A stretch of DNA of 64,000 bases, from contig NW_024704743.1 in the NCBI RefSeq assembly GCF_018977255.1, positions 7,318,001-7,382,000 on the forward strand, in the 5' to 3' direction. Origin of the DNA: Callorhinchus milii. Lineage: Eukaryota. The notes under the pieces are model-generated. The model had not been told where the DNA came from. It saw only the letters and a list, made by a program, of their open reading frames with translations, and made no database searches. Of this stretch, positions 61,329 through 64,000 are shown in pieces; within the stretch, counting starts at the first letter, position 1, and every line of letters starts with the position of its first letter. The position numbers and the translations under genes were made by a program.

Positions 61329-62449
61329 TAGGAGATGTCAATCTTCAGATAAGATCTCATAGCACTAGTTGCAAAGAGAAGGGATTTTCTCCCGGGATCC
61401 TGGCCAGGAAATCCCTCCAGCAAAATTGGTTATTTACTTCATGGGACATTGCTACATGGAACTAAACTGCCGCGTTCAACCACAAAACACACACAGTTAC
61501 TGCATTTTACAGTATATCTTGTGAAGCTCTTTGGACATCCTTCTGACATGAAAGACGGTAAGCCATACATAGGTTTATTAGTATTAATAAGAAAACTTAC
61601 ATACTAATTTCTCAATTTTCCTTGCATTTTGCTCTGATTCAGGCCATGATCAGTTCTCAAATGGAGCATTATTTGTCCTATGGTCCCAAGAATTTAGTTC
61701 AAAAGGAAATCTGCTTTTTACATCTATCCTATAAAGTGTCTTGTGCATACATTAAGTTGTTCTGGTTTATATCCACAGTTAAATGGTTGCATTCTCATCA
61801 GTCGGTACATTGCATTTAACCTGCGTCTTAGGGCACACTTTGTTGAGGGATATTTCCATGTGATCTGGACTGTACAATTCAGGTTGCTGCCTGTCAGAAA
61901 GAATAGCCTCTTTCTATGCTGGAAGCATTCAATGAGATATGAATTTATGATCTATAGATGACAGAATATGAAGGCCAGACTAGAATTTCACCTGCCCCCT
62001 AGTGGAGGTTGAAGTTATTGTGCAATCTCAGCACATTATCCATCCTGTTCAAGATGAAAACTTGGGAGATGCATGCTTTATTTTAATATTCTCCTTTCTC
62101 CTCTCAAGGAAGTTGATTCGTACTGCAGTATGATTTCACATGGCTATTCTGGTATGATGCTGGATAATAATATCAATCCTTGCATTTAGCATAGTGTCAT
62201 TCATGTCAGGAAGATGTCCCAAAGCGCTTCACAGGATACTACTGTGAGGTGCAGTTTCTTTGAGCTTTGTGGGCAGGCTATTCACCTGTAAGAGGTAACA
62301 CAGCTCATCCTGACCCTGTCCTCACATGATGTGCACCACAGATGCACCAGCCATGAACTGTGATCACAAGATTTGTTTGTTTGAAGAAGGCTCTTCAGCC
62401 CGTCTGATCTCATCCCTCCAAAATGCCAGCCCCCCATCCCCCCATCACG

Positions 62450-62730
62450 GTATCAAGCTGTTTTTTCAATGAGTCCAATGTCCTGGCCTCAACCACCCTT
62501 CCTGTCAACCTGTTCCAGTCATTAATTACCCTTTGAGTGAAGAAAAACTTTTTTATATCTGTCCTGAAATTATTCTTTAACTTTAAACCTATGTCCTCTT
62601 GCTCTACAGTCTTGGTGTATCCTAAAGTATTCTTTGGGTTTCCTTTTTCAATCCCATTTAGAACTAATAGCCACAGCTATTAGGCCCCCTTTGAGTCATC
62701 TCTCTACTAAAAAGCCCTAGCTCGTTAGTC
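62450..62730 (-). mobile_element. CR1-like 3' coding relic
   Basis: The reverse strand reads ttcttcactcaaagggtaattaatgactggaacaggttg (FFTQRVINDWNRL), a typical CR1 C-terminus. Confidence 0.7.
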
Positions 62731-63711
62731 TTTTCATAGAATAGAATCATAGGATTGTATAGCACAAAAAGAGCTGAGCCTTATAAATTAATATCTGTGG
62801 TAAACATGCAGTAAGATAATAATATAGTCCTTATGCTAGCTGTTTATGGACAACATCTGCACTATCTCTTGTATTGGAATAGCCTAATGCCAGCATTCCC
62901 AGTATACCCATGGTTTGTATTATCATCAAACTGTGTGTGAGAGATAAAAAGGAGACAGCTGGAAATCGGAAATGAGCTGAATCGCTGGAAATATATCAGA
63001 GGTTACAAGAAAATATTTTTTGAGTTTCTCACAATTTTGCTTATCGACTTCTTCTTGCAGATATGTTTTATTTTTGCTACCGCCTGAACAATATTCCTGC
63101 ATTGGATAAAAATACCTCATCTCTTCAAAAAAGTGAAAGGAGTTTCTACCAGCATCCTGGCCAACAATACTCCAGATAAATTAGTTATTCACCTCACAAC
63201 ATTTTGTGGGACCTTGCTGTTTGTAAATGGCTGCTGCACATACTGACATAAACATACTTGACAGTAATTCTACTCGTCACCTCCATTTCACCATCATTGG
63301 CCCTGCTTTCAGCCACTACACCCTGGAGTTCTGTAACTCTCTGCCTCAATCCCTATTAAACACTCCAAGATGCTACCAAACACGAAGGATACTATATAAA
63401 TATAAGTTGCTATTGTAAATATTCCAAAGTGAAAACTAATAATTGTTGCATTTGATGTAGCACCTTATTACATAGATTTTTGCTGTGAATTGTAGTGAAT
63501 GAGTGTTTGTCAGCGAACATCACAGCCAATTTGCACACATCATTATCTCACAAATATCCATGAAGTGAACAGCCAATTTGTGTTAGGGTGATTGTTGGCC
63601 AGAACACTGGGAGAAATTTCCTTTACTTTTTGAATAATGCCATGGGATCTTTATTGTCCACCTCAACTCCGTTTAATGTCTTATCCAAAGGACAGCAACT
63701 CCAACTGCCAT

Positions 63712-64000
63712 CCCCCATCTCCACAATATTGCCTGACTCCACCACTGCCTCCTCACCCCTCAGGGCGCCGAAACCCTCATACATGCATTCGTCACCTCAA
63801 GGCTCGACTACGGAAACGCCCTCCTTGTCGGCCTCCCCAACTCTTCCCTCCACAAGCTGCAGATCATTCAGAACTCTGCAGCTCACGTATTCTTGCGCAC
63901 CAAGCTCCGTGATCCCATCACTCCCACCCTCGCCCAGCTCCACTGGCTCCCCATCCCTCAGCGGATAGAATTCAAAATCCTCGTCCTCACTTCCAAGGGC
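63712..64000 (+). mobile_element. L2 3' coding fragment running off the window
   Basis: AETLIHAFVTSRLDYGNALLVGLP...QLHWLPIPQRIEFKILVL. Confidence 0.85.

Noticed and set aside
61622..61819. Possible MTPAP exon 5 after the acceptor-like tgattcag; also the ttcttgcag at about 63060
   Set aside because: The translations do not resemble the expected continuation (ER.ATQ.ILS...GPGC...ILNARCPLV), so exon 5 is probably beyond 64000.
1..64000. CRISPR arrays, operons, retrons or other prokaryotic/phage systems
   Set aside because: No repeat-spacer array or operon structure. All RT sequence belongs to L2/CR1 non-LTR retrotransposons in an intron-containing vertebrate locus.

Overview
This is vertebrate genomic DNA, not prokaryotic. 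The L2/CR1 LINEs, Deu-type SINEs and protein sequences suggest a cartilaginous fish, possibly a chimaera (inference). Two genes lie head-to-head. MAP3K8 (TPL2/COT) is complete on the minus strand: 7 coding exons, 44632 to 32870, 471 aa after splicing, all introns GT-AG. MTPAP (mitochondrial poly(A) polymerase) has its first four coding exons on the plus strand (50339-56503); I found no later exon in the window. The remainder, including essentially all of 1-30 kb, is a nested mosaic of L2 LINEs (one near full-length, frameshifted), CR1 relics, at least three tRNA-derived SINE families sharing an L2-type 3' tail, a MITE-like foldback family and G-rich tandem repeats. I see no clear evidence of a wholly new gene system. 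The most unusual signals are (1) two apparently independent SINE insertions at the same homologous dinucleotide of the L2 RT PQG motif, (2) a frameshift shared by two young inverted L2 copies, (3) a microhomology-permuted L2 fragment, (4) clusters of NF-kB/ETS/IRF/C-EBP motifs around MAP3K8, and (5) polyQ/polyE and Val-to-Cys changes in MAP3K8 relative to human. Repeat boundaries were read by eye and are approximate; exon boundaries were checked base by base.
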